Shown here: one piece after another, positions 46,392-56,900 of the stretch
Numbering within the stretch: position 1 is the stretch's first letter
Layout: every line of letters starts with the position of its first letter
DNA from: a virus
Taxonomy: Duplodnaviria; Heunggongvirae; Uroviricota; Caudoviricetes
Strand: one strand, 5' to 3'
Length of the DNA: 64,000 bases
IMG/VR virus record: IMGVR_UViG_3300027126_000001
Program-made: the position numbers and the translations under genes
Notes under the pieces: generated by a model
What the model was told of the DNA's origin: nothing
Seen by the model: the letters and a program-made list of their open reading frames with translations, nothing else
Database searches by the model: none

Positions 46392-47675
46392 TTAATTTAT
46401 TAAGTTTATCTTATCATCATGTTGCTGAGATCTTCTACTGTGAAATCCGAATGTATTTTCCAAATTGTAGTCACATTCTGCTATTGGAAGTTCTAATGAA
46501 AAAGTCATTGCAAGAGTTACAGGTGCTGTATGTATGTCCATATCTCTTAAAATCTTATTATGTGTTACTCCTATAATCCAATCATCATTGCATGGCTCAT
46601 ATTCCAAACCTCTTGTCGCGTCCAGTAGACGTCTACTTCTTATACAGAACCCTCCGTTACCTACCCTTCCGTATTCTATATCTGATGTAGGACCTGGCCA
46701 CGGAGCTCCTATGTAGTCGTACTTTAAAAAATCTGAATTCCAAAGATGTGGATTTATTACAAAACCATCGTCATGTATCATTAGTACAAATTCAGAATCT
46801 GTATAATTGTATAGCTCTTTTAATGTAAAATCACTATACCCTTCCCTTGTAGTGAACTTAGGTACTTGTACATGTATCATATCTGCAGGCAGATTCTGCG
46901 GTACTGTATCTGAAAATATCTTTTTGCTTGCAAAGGTAATATGTTTACAGCTGTATTCTATAGCTTTAACCGACTGTTCTGGGTTATGTGTATTGATTGA
47001 TATTATCTCTACGTTAGGTAGTTTCAGTTTATGTTCATACCGTTCCAGCTTTTTTATATTATTACGAGCTTCTTCATGTAGTTTTCCATGAAAACCAAAT
47101 GTATTGTTTAAGTTGTATTCACATTCAGGTATTGCATGTTCTAACGAAAACCTAGACGCTACATCCACAGGTGCATACTTACATCCGTTTTGTTTAAAGT
47201 AATCGTAATATGTATTTGTGACCAATACGTCATTGTGTGCATCTGTATAGGGAATAGTTTCTTCTAAATTTAAAAACTTCTTACTTTTCAATACAAACCC
47301 TCCGTTACCTACTCTATTTCTTTTACACCATTCAAGCCCAGCTGGCCAGGGAGCTCCTATGTAGTCGTACTTTAGAAAATCATCATCCCATTTATCTGCA
47401 TTAATCACAAAACCGTCTTCATGTATAGATAACATATACTCGTTGTCTATGTATTTAGGTAAGGTATTGAGATGAAACCAGTTCATTGTACTATGTGTCT
47501 GCTTCTCTATTTGGATGTATTCTATATGAGCTGGTAGGTTGCTCGGCCTGTAGTGGGCAAGTATTTTTATAGATCCGAATTTTATCTGCTCAGAACTATA
47601 TAAAAGAGCTTTTACAGATTCTTCTGGGTTGACACAGTTTACCGATATTAAATCTATTTTGGAAAGATCTTTCAT
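46392..47675 (-). CDS. Internally duplicated protein of unknown function (two ~210-aa homologous halves)
   Basis: Both halves carry YDYIGAPWP...GNGGF and end NTFGFH(G/S). Confidence 0.4.
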   Translation of the reverse strand: MKDLSKIDLISVNCVNPEESVKALLYSSEQIKFGSIKILAHYRPSNLPAHIEYIQIEKQTHSTMNWFHLNTLPKYIDNEYMLSIHEDGFVINADKWDDDFLKYDYIGAPWPAGLEWCKRNRVGNGGFVLKSKKFLNLEETIPYTDAHNDVLVTNTYYDYFKQNGCKYAPVDVASRFSLEHAIPECEYNLNNTFGFHGKLHEEARNNIKKLERYEHKLKLPNVEIISINTHNPEQSVKAIEYSCKHITFASKKIFSDTVPQNLPADMIHVQVPKFTTREGYSDFTLKELYNYTDSEFVLMIHDDGFVINPHLWNSDFLKYDYIGAPWPGPTSDIEYGRVGNGGFCIRSRRLLDATRGLEYEPCNDDWIIGVTHNKILRDMDIHTAPVTLAMTFSLELPIAECDYNLENTFGFHSRRSQQHDDKINLIN

Positions 47676-48649
47676 TACAGTGTGTTAAATAAATTATCTA
47701 TGTAGTACTTCTCTATGTCTTTTTGCCCTTTTGTACACCCATATGCCATATGTATTCCATAGCAATTTCTTACATATATTGGGGATTTGTCTACTTTATT
47801 TGCATACATTGTTAACTGCCCTTCATCCCAATTATCAAAGAATAATTTCTGTGCTTCCAAGTAAAATTCTGTTTTTGCTATAAATAAGTTATTACAGAAA
47901 TAAGGTGTTAGGTATTTTTCTAAAAAAAGTTCTGAGTTATTCAGTACAAGTTCTTTCTTCTCTGCTGCATGTCTAGCAATGTACATGTTGTAGTCGTAAG
48001 AGAATCTGGCAGGATGTACCCCTTTAACTATGCTGTAGAACCATGGTAGCCCTTCCCTTCCTTTTACAGGATTAATCCTATCTACTAACTTCCAATAGTC
48101 TTCTCCATTCCATGCACTTAATCCCTCTATGTACCTAAACACTTCAGAATAATTACATCCAAAAATATTCGGATCTATATTATCTTTCAGAAAAATTTTA
48201 TATACATCCTCTTTTTCTTGTTCTGTTAAAAAATCTTGTAGAAATAACTCTACAGAAGGCATTCCATTTGATAATGTAGGAGCTAACACTGACACGGTAG
48301 GGTCATTTAGTATACCTCTATTTTCAATCATATAGTCCCAGACATAACGATTTATAAAAACATCATCATCCCATTTACAGAAATATTCTGTTGTTGTTTG
48401 TTGAGCTACTTGCATTTTATGCTCATAGGCGTCTGTCGGCATACTAGCTAAAGTAGCTTCTATTCCTCCTTCTACTACTGGGTATAATATTTCTTCCCAA
48501 AGTCTGTTATCATTTTCATGACAGTACACGTAAAGCTGTATTTCTTTCTTGTTACCTTCTTTAATGTTTACAAGTTCTTTTAAAGCTGCTTTTACTAAAG
48601 GTAGTCTGTATTTATTCTGTGAACTGTTAAATAAGTTAATCTGTATCAT
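47675..48649 (-). CDS. Hypothetical protein (possible glycosyltransferase)
   Basis: 324 aa; ATGA coupling. Confidence 0.4.
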   Translation of the reverse strand: MIQINLFNSSQNKYRLPLVKAALKELVNIKEGNKKEIQLYVYCHENDNRLWEEILYPVVEGGIEATLASMPTDAYEHKMQVAQQTTTEYFCKWDDDVFINRYVWDYMIENRGILNDPTVSVLAPTLSNGMPSVELFLQDFLTEQEKEDVYKIFLKDNIDPNIFGCNYSEVFRYIEGLSAWNGEDYWKLVDRINPVKGREGLPWFYSIVKGVHPARFSYDYNMYIARHAAEKKELVLNNSELFLEKYLTPYFCNNLFIAKTEFYLEAQKLFFDNWDEGQLTMYANKVDKSPIYVRNCYGIHMAYGCTKGQKDIEKYYIDNLFNTL

Positions 48650-49436
48650 CTGGTAGTAATTTGTACTGTAAATCTGTATTTAGAACTCTAGCAAAATAGT
48701 TTACATTAGAGTTAGTGCAACATAGTAACATGTTAGCTTTGGACAGTAAGTATGCTTCTACAATTACATCTTCGCCTACATAGTACTTACTACATTCATA
48801 GTCATTAGCATAATGTAACGGGATATCATTATTGCTTCTAAAAGTTGCAGGATACTCCACTACTTTATCGCCAAAAGCTTTCTTTATTGCATCTACTCTA
48901 TTCTGCTCATCAGATGCTATGAAAAGCACATCGTACTCATCTATGTACTTTTTAATACGTTGAATATAGAAATCCATAGAAAGTTTATCTGGGTGATCTG
49001 TACCTCTACAATGTACTCCTAATACTCTTTTTCCTTTAAAGTGAGTATTGTAAAAACTGTTAATTTTAGACTCTACATGAGGAAGAAGTTTTACGTACTT
49101 TTTTACTATTTCTCCATACTCTTTACGTTTAACTTTATAGTCTTCCGGGGTGGTGTATATGTCCCTAAATTCACTAAACTCATCATGAAGTAATCCTACC
49201 TCTGATAAAATTTCAGAAGAAGTAGGCTTAGTGTCTGTGTGAGGTTGTTCAAAGTAGTATTCCCAAACGTTCTCTATTTCTTGTTGACGGTACATTTCTT
49301 CATCGAAGTAGCAAGATTCTCTACCAAAATGTATGTAGTACTTATCGTTAGGGTAGTGGTACATTCCTCTTATTGTTTGCCAAATAAAAGCAAACATCCC
49401 TGAGTTGTGTTGTGTGGGGTGTAAATATCTGTACAT
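48636..49436 (-). CDS. Hypothetical protein of the glycan island
   Basis: 266 aa. Confidence 0.4.
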   Translation of the reverse strand: MYRYLHPTQHNSGMFAFIWQTIRGMYHYPNDKYYIHFGRESCYFDEEMYRQQEIENVWEYYFEQPHTDTKPTSSEILSEVGLLHDEFSEFRDIYTTPEDYKVKRKEYGEIVKKYVKLLPHVESKINSFYNTHFKGKRVLGVHCRGTDHPDKLSMDFYIQRIKKYIDEYDVLFIASDEQNRVDAIKKAFGDKVVEYPATFRSNNDIPLHYANDYECSKYYVGEDVIVEAYLLSKANMLLCCTNSNVNYFARVLNTDLQYKLLPDDTD

Positions 49437-51091
49437 TAATTAATTAATTTTTTAAAATACTTATTAAATAACTGATCATTGTTGTAAGCGTATTGTTTAG
49501 CTTTTTCAAAATTCTCTTTAATATACTCTTCTCTGGAATGATAATCTTTTTCTGTTAAATTGTTGATCAATTGAAAAAGCTCTTCCTCTGTATTAAATAT
49601 AAGAAAACCTTTTGTATTAAAAAACTCATCTATATTTGAACATCCTTTATAAATTGGAATAGTTCCTGTTAGAAAGCAATCCAATATCTTTTCTGTAAAA
49701 TAATTGTCATGTACTCCATTTTCAATTGCGATAGAAAATTTATAGTCTTTTAATCCTTCAATCTTACCTTGAATCTCTCTCAACCCTACTCCATAAAAGT
49801 CTATATTAGGAATCCTAAGGTCAATAATTTTTTGAACACATCCTACTCTAAATCTATGTCCCTCAGTCATTGTCTTATTAGAAGTGATAAACGAAATATG
49901 TTTTGGTTTATCTTTATAGATTTGTATTAGAGAGTCATCTTGAAGAAGTGGATGTTCTGCTTTATGTACATTTTTATTTAACACCACTTCGTAACCTCCA
50001 TTTCTGAAGACTGCATTCGGTAATTTAAGTAACTCTTTATCAAAGGTAAGTACTAAGTCAAACATTTCACTATTTTCTTTTACGGCAGTATACACTTCAT
50101 TTTGGGAAAGTAAGTGTGGTGCTTCATGTACATCCGCTATAACCAGTCCTCTGTCTACTTTTATAACTCCCTTTACGTACTTTAGTATTTCTGTATCCTC
50201 AATAAGAGTTATATCAAATTCTCCATCAGATAAGTTATATGTATAAGAAAATGTTTCCGGTATACTATTCTTTTCTCTAAAATTGCCCAACACATTTACC
50301 TGTGGTAATTTCTCTCCAGATAAACTTTCTCTGTATTTCTTCCTATCTCTAATCTCTAATTCATACCTACTATTGTCTTTACTCTCTCTTTCGTGAGTAC
50401 GAACTTGATTGGCCTTACTGTGGTTATATACACAGTCAAAAAAGTCTACAACCTGTATTTTTTCCTTAGGGCACATTTCCATACAAGGATACTGAAAGGC
50501 TAGATCTGCTGCATGCCAATAATATTCTCCGTCTTGCAGTGATCTTAAATCTCCTAACTTAACTGCTTGTAGTAGAAATGCTCTGTAAGTTCTTAGATGA
50601 GAAGCTCTCCAATGATCTCGACGGTAAAGTTTATACTTATGTACAAAATCAGAATGCTCTGTTGACTGTGGATATGGTAGTGTTGATTCTGCATCCGGAC
50701 CATCCCATACAATAAATCCTCCATATGTCATCCAACAATCCTTTTTATTATAAAAAGTATTGAGCTTCCCTAAAACTGTTTCATCATAAAGCCAATCGTC
50801 TCCATCTAAGTGAATTACGATTTCTTCAGGGTCTTCTATGTAACTATTCAGATTATGGAAGTAATTATACATAGCTCCTTTATTTTCGGAATTTCTTATA
50901 ATGTTCCAGTTAGGAAGCTCTCCTACAATCTCTTTTACCTTTTCGTAGGTATTGTCTTTAGAAGCATCGTCTATGTAAGTGACTTTGTAATTGGTGTATG
51001 TTTGATTTAGAATACTTGCAAGATTATATTCAACCCACTCTTCATTATTATAGGAAGGAGTTATTATTCTAAATTTATTTTGCTTTTCCAT
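49436..51091 (-). CDS. Bifunctional glycosyltransferase: N-terminal GT2 domain fused to a C-terminal GT10 (alpha-1,3-fucosyltransferase) domain
   Basis: The N-terminus RIITPSYNNEEWVEYNLASILNQTYTNYKVTYIDDASKDNT is GT2. The C-terminus YKFSIAIENGVHDNYFTEKILDCFLTGTIPIYKG matches the GT10 motif of H. pylori FucT (YKFSLCFENSQGYGYVTEKIIDAYFSHTIPIYWG). Confidence 0.65.
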   Translation of the reverse strand: MEKQNKFRIITPSYNNEEWVEYNLASILNQTYTNYKVTYIDDASKDNTYEKVKEIVGELPNWNIIRNSENKGAMYNYFHNLNSYIEDPEEIVIHLDGDDWLYDETVLGKLNTFYNKKDCWMTYGGFIVWDGPDAESTLPYPQSTEHSDFVHKYKLYRRDHWRASHLRTYRAFLLQAVKLGDLRSLQDGEYYWHAADLAFQYPCMEMCPKEKIQVVDFFDCVYNHSKANQVRTHERESKDNSRYELEIRDRKKYRESLSGEKLPQVNVLGNFREKNSIPETFSYTYNLSDGEFDITLIEDTEILKYVKGVIKVDRGLVIADVHEAPHLLSQNEVYTAVKENSEMFDLVLTFDKELLKLPNAVFRNGGYEVVLNKNVHKAEHPLLQDDSLIQIYKDKPKHISFITSNKTMTEGHRFRVGCVQKIIDLRIPNIDFYGVGLREIQGKIEGLKDYKFSIAIENGVHDNYFTEKILDCFLTGTIPIYKGCSNIDEFFNTKGFLIFNTEEELFQLINNLTEKDYHSREEYIKENFEKAKQYAYNNDQLFNKYFKKLIN

Positions 51092-52035
51092 TTATCTATG
51101 CTGTAATATTTTCTATAATTCTCCTTAGCTGTTCTGCTACACTCTTCGTAAAACTCTTTATCATCTCTTAATCTCTCAGCAAGCATGACTGCTTTCTCCA
51201 CATCCTCTACATCAACTGATAAATCTGGATGGCAGAGTCTTTGTGTGTCTACTTTCTCATTTCCTATACAAGGTATGTTAAAATAAGCACAATTCAAACT
51301 AAAGGTTCCAGCTGCTATGGTTGGCATAAGGTGTACAGCATATTTGAATGAACTTAACTGTTCCATCCAATCTGTCCACATAACTCTTGGTAAATGATTT
51401 ATCAACTGATCCTCTCCCTCTCTCATTGCATGAGAAGTCTGTCCCCATATTGGAACATCAAACCTCTGTGCTACTGTAAAGCTTTCCATACCTCCATACC
51501 ATCTAGCAAAATTACCTCCTATGATAACTTTTTCTTCTCTAATAGGTTGAATATCTTTTACTATAGAATCAATCATTAGAGTAGGAATAACGTGCACAGG
51601 TACGTTAGGAAACATTCCTTTATAGTATTTTACATCGTGTTGGTTATGTGCAAAGATACCGTCTGAGGAGATGAGCATATTATAGAATAATACTTGATCG
51701 ATCATTTCATAATCATTCCACCACCAGTGAGGTCCTTCCTGAACTATATACACTTTTTTATTGGTAAGCTTTAATCTCTCTATAGGTTCTTTTACCAGAA
51801 GTTCACTTACTGGATTCTGATCAGCTGCAAGTTGACTTCCTTCTGCACTTAAGTATAGCTTTCCTTTAGGAAAAATAACAAAGACGTGATCATATCCTTC
51901 TACTTCCTGAAAGTGATGTATGTGTCTATGGTCAGCACCTAAAGCATGCATCCAAGCAAACTCTGTTCGCATATTAGAGTGATTGGAAGGAATCTTTCCT
52001 TCAAAACCCATCTCTGTTAGGAATGCTATCTTCAT
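51064..52035 (-). CDS. Hypothetical protein (possible glycosyltransferase)
   Basis: 323 aa. Confidence 0.4.
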   Translation of the reverse strand: MKIAFLTEMGFEGKIPSNHSNMRTEFAWMHALGADHRHIHHFQEVEGYDHVFVIFPKGKLYLSAEGSQLAADQNPVSELLVKEPIERLKLTNKKVYIVQEGPHWWWNDYEMIDQVLFYNMLISSDGIFAHNQHDVKYYKGMFPNVPVHVIPTLMIDSIVKDIQPIREEKVIIGGNFARWYGGMESFTVAQRFDVPIWGQTSHAMREGEDQLINHLPRVMWTDWMEQLSSFKYAVHLMPTIAAGTFSLNCAYFNIPCIGNEKVDTQRLCHPDLSVDVEDVEKAVMLAERLRDDKEFYEECSRTAKENYRKYYSIDKWKSKINLE

Positions 52036-52036
52036 A

Positions 52037-53347
52037 TTATTTATTGAAGAACTTATCTACGATTGTTTCTATATATTCAATTTGCTCTAAAGTAATAACT
52101 GGAGAGCATCCTAAGAAGAAAGTATCTGTTGTTACTTTTCTTGATACTGGATATTTTTCAATTACTTCTTTAGGGTCAATTAAATGAGAGTATCCTGGCT
52201 GAAGCATAATGTTACCTGCAAAGTAAGGTCTTGTTTGAATCTTATTTGCTTCTAAGTATTGACAGAACTCAGCTCTTGTAAAGTCCATTCCATCTTTAAC
52301 TGTTAATGCAACTGCAAACCAATCTGGATCTGATTTATCAGTAGCTTTAGGAAGGATAAACTTATCTTCATACTTTTTAAAGATGTCAACAATTGCTTTA
52401 TGATTTCTTCTTCTTATTACTCCAATCTCTTCTAACTTACCTAACTGAACATTACCCATTGCAGCTTGTAATTCAGTTGGTTTTAAATTATAACCAATCT
52501 CTTCGTAAGTATATTTGTGATCAAATATCTCATTAGGAAGACTTGGCAACCAATTACTGAACCTTATTCCGCATGAACCGCACTCTAAAGCATTTGCCTT
52601 ACCTTGACAGTAACATCCTCTACCCCAGTCTCTAAAACTTCTTAAGATTTTTTCTAGCTGTGGATCACTACATGCTACAAATCCTCCTTCACCCATCGTA
52701 ATGTGATGTGCTGGATAGAATGAACATGAGGACATTTTACCGAATGATCCTAACATCTTACCATCATAAGTTGTTCCTAAAGCATCACAGCAATCTTCTA
52801 ATAAGATTAAATCGTATTTGTTTACAATTTCCATCAATCGATCCATGTTAGGTGGATTACCTAATACGTGAGCAAATGTAACCACTTTAGCATCTGGATG
52901 ATCAATACATGCTTGCTCTACTTGATCTAAATCTAAGTTTAAAGATTCTAATTCAATATCAACAAAGATTGGTGTAAAGCCTGCTTGAATGGTAGGACTT
53001 AAAGTAGCTGGGAATCCAGCAATTGGAGTAATTACTTTCGTACCTTTTGGTAAGTTCATTCCTCTTTTAGATGTTAAAGCTAACATCATTAGTAGATTAG
53101 CACTAGAACCGCTATTAACAATAACTCCGGTCTTGTGTCCTAGTTTTTTAGGAAACTTTCTTTCGAACATTGCTCCTTCTTTTCCTAAAACCAACCAACC
53201 TTCTAGCATAGTCTTAACTACAGCTTGATATTCTTTTTCGTCAAAATAAGGTCCGGCATATTGAACTAAGTCCTCTCCTGCTACCCACTTTTTTTCACTG
53301 TTCTTTTTTGTAATGTGCTCTTGTACTAAGCTTAAAATTTGATCCAT
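52037..53347 (-). CDS. DegT/DnrJ/EryC1/StrS-family PLP/PMP-dependent sugar aminotransferase or 3-dehydrase (RfbH-like)
   Basis: Start at the internal MDQILSLV (436 aa), which leaves a cassette-like promoter upstream. GWLVLGKEGAMFERKF...VNSGSSANLL is the family signature. Confidence 0.6.
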   Translation of the reverse strand: MDQILSLVQEHITKKNSEKKWVAGEDLVQYAGPYFDEKEYQAVVKTMLEGWLVLGKEGAMFERKFPKKLGHKTGVIVNSGSSANLLMMLALTSKRGMNLPKGTKVITPIAGFPATLSPTIQAGFTPIFVDIELESLNLDLDQVEQACIDHPDAKVVTFAHVLGNPPNMDRLMEIVNKYDLILLEDCCDALGTTYDGKMLGSFGKMSSCSFYPAHHITMGEGGFVACSDPQLEKILRSFRDWGRGCYCQGKANALECGSCGIRFSNWLPSLPNEIFDHKYTYEEIGYNLKPTELQAAMGNVQLGKLEEIGVIRRRNHKAIVDIFKKYEDKFILPKATDKSDPDWFAVALTVKDGMDFTRAEFCQYLEANKIQTRPYFAGNIMLQPGYSHLIDPKEVIEKYPVSRKVTTDTFFLGCSPVITLEQIEYIETIVDKFFNK

Positions 53348-53387
53348 ATAACTGATTTTATTTGTTTTATTAATATATGAAATTATC

Positions 53388-54380
53388 TTATTGCTGGCAA
53401 CTATTTTTATAATAATTCTCCCAGTATTCAATCATTTCATCCAACATACTTTCAAAAGTATATTCATGCTTCCATCCTGTTGTTTCAACTAACTTAGAGC
53501 AATCTCCTTTCAAGTCATGTAATTCTTCTGGGCGTAAGAATTTCTCATCCTGCTTAACATACTGCTTCCAGTCTAGTTCTAACTTACCAAATACATATTC
53601 ACATAACTCTTGTACTGAGTGGGATACTCCTGTTGAGCATACAAAGTCATCCGGCTTGTCTTGTTGAAGTATCAACCACATTGCATAAACATAATCCTTA
53701 GCATGACCCCAGTCCCTTGTAGCATCCAAGTTTCCTAGCTTTAATTCATTTGATAATCCTAACTTAATCTTAACCGCCTCTTTGCAGACTTTATTTGTTA
53801 CAAAGTTTGTACCTCTACGAGGTGATTCATGATTAAATAATATACCGTTTGATACAAACATATTGTATGAGTTACGGTAATTTCTACTAATGTTATACGC
53901 AAATACTTTAGCACATCCGTAAGGTGATACTGGATTGAGTGGTGTAGTTTCTCTTTGAAATCTATCCTCATCAATACTATTTCCAAACATTTCTGAAGAT
54001 GATGCTTGGTATATTTTTGTTTTAGGGGATACAAGCCTTACTGCTTCAAGGATATTTAATGTACCTATTCCTGTTGTATTGGCTGTATATAGGGGTTGGT
54101 CGAAGGATATTCTAACATGCGATTGTGCTGCTAAATTATATAATTCATCTGGCTGTACCTTTGCAACAACCCTTACCAGTGATGCTAGGTCTGTAAGGTC
54201 AGCGTACTCTAGCTTGATACTATTATATACTGCATCTAATCTTGCTGTTTGATTTTCAGCTACAGAATTCCTCTTTACTGTTCCCCATACTTCATATCCC
54301 TTTTCTAGGAGTAATTCAGCTAAGTATGATCCGTCTTGTCCGTTTATTCCTGTTATAAGTGCTACTTTATTTTCTCGCAT
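53388..54380 (-). CDS. gmd: GDP-mannose 4,6-dehydratase
   Basis: [33 protein letters not shown] is nearly identical to the E. coli Gmd N-terminus ([29 protein letters not shown]). Confidence 0.8.
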   Translation of the reverse strand: [330 protein letters not shown]

Positions 54381-55275
54381 TATCGTAATTTTCTATAAAC
54401 CATTTAACTGTTTCTTTTATCCCTTGTTCAATTGAAGTGTATTTAAAGTCTGGAAGATATCTTTTTACCTTTTCATTTGAAGAAGGCTTTCTAAATTGTC
54501 CATCTGGCTTATCTGTTTCAAAAATAATATTTCCTTTATAATTAAACTCCTCAGCTATTAGCCCTACCAAGTTTTTAATACTTATTTCCTCTGAGGTTGT
54601 AAATATGATTGGTTCTTCTTCGTCGTAATTCTCAACAGCCCATTTAGCTAATTCAGCTACATCTTTAGAGTAAATAAATTCTCTTAAAGGCTTCCCCGTA
54701 CCCCATACTTTGAAGTCTGTTTTATTTTGTATTGCTAAATACATTTTATGTAGAAGCATCGGCACTACATGTCCATGTTCTAAAGAGAAGTTATCATTTG
54801 GTCCGTATATGTTTGTTGGAATTACAGAAGTATATTTCAATCCATACTGCTCTCTATAGGCTCTAATTTGTATATCTGCTAGACGTTTAGCATAGGCATA
54901 AGGATAGTTTGAACTGTGAGGAAACCCATTATGTACTTGATCTTCTGTTAAAGGATAGTTTACTTTGTCTGGAAATACGCAGGTGGATAGAAATGATACT
55001 AGATTTGTAACCCCAGCCAGTCTAGCTGATTCAATTACATTTGTATTGATCATTACATTATCGTACAGGTATTCTCCTTTGTACTTCATATTTCCCCCCA
55101 AACCTCCTACTTTGCCGGCACAGTGAATAACGTGAGTTGGTTTATGCCATTCAAAAGCTCTTAAAGTTTCTTCTGGGCTTGCTAGGTTATATTCTCTTCC
55201 TATTTTAATATCAGCATCTATAGCTGAACCTACTAGGCCTTTTCCTCCTGTTATTAGTAATTTAGAGTGTATCAT
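54367..55275 (-). CDS. fcl: GDP-L-fucose synthase (GDP-4-keto-6-deoxymannose 3,5-epimerase/4-reductase)
   Basis: Start at the internal MIHSKLLITGGKGLVGSAI. PTNIYGPNDNFSLEHGHVVPMLL, WGTGKPLREFIYSKD and KPDGQFRK align with E. coli Fcl ([46 protein letters not shown]). Confidence 0.75.
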   Translation of the reverse strand: MIHSKLLITGGKGLVGSAIDADIKIGREYNLASPEETLRAFEWHKPTHVIHCAGKVGGLGGNMKYKGEYLYDNVMINTNVIESARLAGVTNLVSFLSTCVFPDKVNYPLTEDQVHNGFPHSSNYPYAYAKRLADIQIRAYREQYGLKYTSVIPTNIYGPNDNFSLEHGHVVPMLLHKMYLAIQNKTDFKVWGTGKPLREFIYSKDVAELAKWAVENYDEEEPIIFTTSEEISIKNLVGLIAEEFNYKGNIIFETDKPDGQFRKPSSNEKVKRYLPDFKYTSIEQGIKETVKWFIENYDNARK

Positions 55276-55882
55276 AGTAACTATTCTGTCTTTCTTGTCT
55301 GTCGATTGTCTTTGGATGATATAAAGCCCATTCCTCTTCTGGTGGAAGCATTCCATGTATCTTAAATCCTTCTAGTACTTCATGTACTTTGTTTACCCAT
55401 CTTATATGAGGAGCATTCTTATAAATTCTCATTTGCCAATCTGCCCAGTTGACCCATCCTTTTTCATTTACATGCCATCCCCACTTCTGAATATGCTCTT
55501 GTGTTAAACCCTCTACAGTATTTACTCTAGGGATTCTAAGCATATCGACATCATTGGTCTTTAGCATTTCAGGAAGGTTTTGTATCAAATTAATATGAGG
55601 AATCTCATCAGCATCTATCTGAAAGATATAATCTCCTGAACATACTTTGAAGAATTTATTCTTCCAATCAGCGAAGTGTCCCTTAAATTCAGATTCGATT
55701 AAAAGTATTTGATTTATCGAAGCACATGCTTTTAAAACTTCTTGTAGCTCTTGAGACATTTTAGGACTATCTGCTAGTACTACTATCTCATCTTCTGTAC
55801 GTTTGTTGGAAAGGAGGAAGTTGACTAGTCTTTTCACTTCCTCCAATTCATTACAAACTGTTATTGCATAACTTATTTTCAT
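55262..55882 (-). CDS. Small GT2-like glycosyltransferase
   Basis: 206 aa; N-terminus MKISYAITVCNELEEV. Confidence 0.45.
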   Translation of the reverse strand: MKISYAITVCNELEEVKRLVNFLLSNKRTEDEIVVLADSPKMSQELQEVLKACASINQILLIESEFKGHFADWKNKFFKVCSGDYIFQIDADEIPHINLIQNLPEMLKTNDVDMLRIPRVNTVEGLTQEHIQKWGWHVNEKGWVNWADWQMRIYKNAPHIRWVNKVHEVLEGFKIHGMLPPEEEWALYHPKTIDRQERQNSYYDTL

Positions 55883-55899
55883 ACTTAAATATATGAAAT

Positions 55900-56358
55900 T
55901 TATTCTTTATCTGCAACTTCTACATCAAAAAATCCTATTACTTCTAAGGCATCCATAAAATCTCTTTGACCAAATATTTGAAGGTTTCCCATATCCATCT
56001 TATGTGTTTGCCCTTTAGGGAAGTTTGCTTTTTCTTCCTCTACAATTTCGATAGCTTTTACTGCAGACCACATCCAATTATCTTTTGATGTACCGTCTAA
56101 GAATACCATTCCTTTACCTGGGATAGTGATTGTGGCTGGAAGCCATACCTTACCTGAATCATCTGTGTATAAGAGATCTTTGTATAGTTCCGGTGATGCT
56201 TCTAAGGTTTTGTTTACCAAATCTCCTCCCTCAACCATTAAGGTTGAAGTTGAATATCCGCAACCAAAGCAAAAGCTTGTTGTTACTTCTTCTGTTACTG
56301 CTTGTTCATAGCAAGCATTTCCTCCACAGTGTGGACAGTCTACCATTTTTTCTTCCAT
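55900..56358 (-). CDS. Zinc-ribbon protein
   Basis: 152 aa. CPHCGG...CFGCGY. Confidence 0.4.
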   Translation of the reverse strand: MEEKMVDCPHCGGNACYEQAVTEEVTTSFCFGCGYSTSTLMVEGGDLVNKTLEASPELYKDLLYTDDSGKVWLPATITIPGKGMVFLDGTSKDNWMWSAVKAIEIVEEEKANFPKGQTHKMDMGNLQIFGQRDFMDALEVIGFFDVEVADKE

Positions 56359-56900
56359 TATACTTTTTTAGTTATATACCAGGTATCATCATCTTCAGAG
56401 TACCCTTTATTAAATTCAAACTCACTACTATTTAATTTTCTAAACATGTTTTGAAAATAACTTAATCTATCATCTTCAAGACCATCTCCATCATAAGGTT
56501 CAAATTTTATACCCTCACTATCAGTATTGTTTAAAAAAGGAATGATTTCACTATTCATTACTTTTTGTAAAAATATTGCTTTAGGTAATCGATTTGGATC
56601 ATTATCATCCCACTTAAACTGCTCTTCAGGAGTAGGTGCATTTAGATTTCCAAATTTCAATTCCCAAAAATTATCACTTGGATCATATACTAACCTAACT
56701 TCAAAAGGAGAACTATCATTAGTTCCTCTAAATTCTTTTGGTTTGAATATTATAATATTACCTTGGTTTAATTTTCTTACCCCCCATTGAGATATTTCAG
56801 TAAGGATGTATTGTTTTGTAGCTTCTTTCTTTTCTGTTAAGTTTGTATACTTACCTAATGACTGATAAACTTCAGTTGCCAGTATTGTTAAGGCTCTCAT
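56358..56900 (-). CDS. Hypothetical protein
   Basis: 180 aa; ATGA coupling. Confidence 0.4.
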   Translation of the reverse strand: MRALTILATEVYQSLGKYTNLTEKKEATKQYILTEISQWGVRKLNQGNIIIFKPKEFRGTNDSSPFEVRLVYDPSDNFWELKFGNLNAPTPEEQFKWDDNDPNRLPKAIFLQKVMNSEIIPFLNNTDSEGIKFEPYDGDGLEDDRLSYFQNMFRKLNSSEFEFNKGYSEDDDTWYITKKV

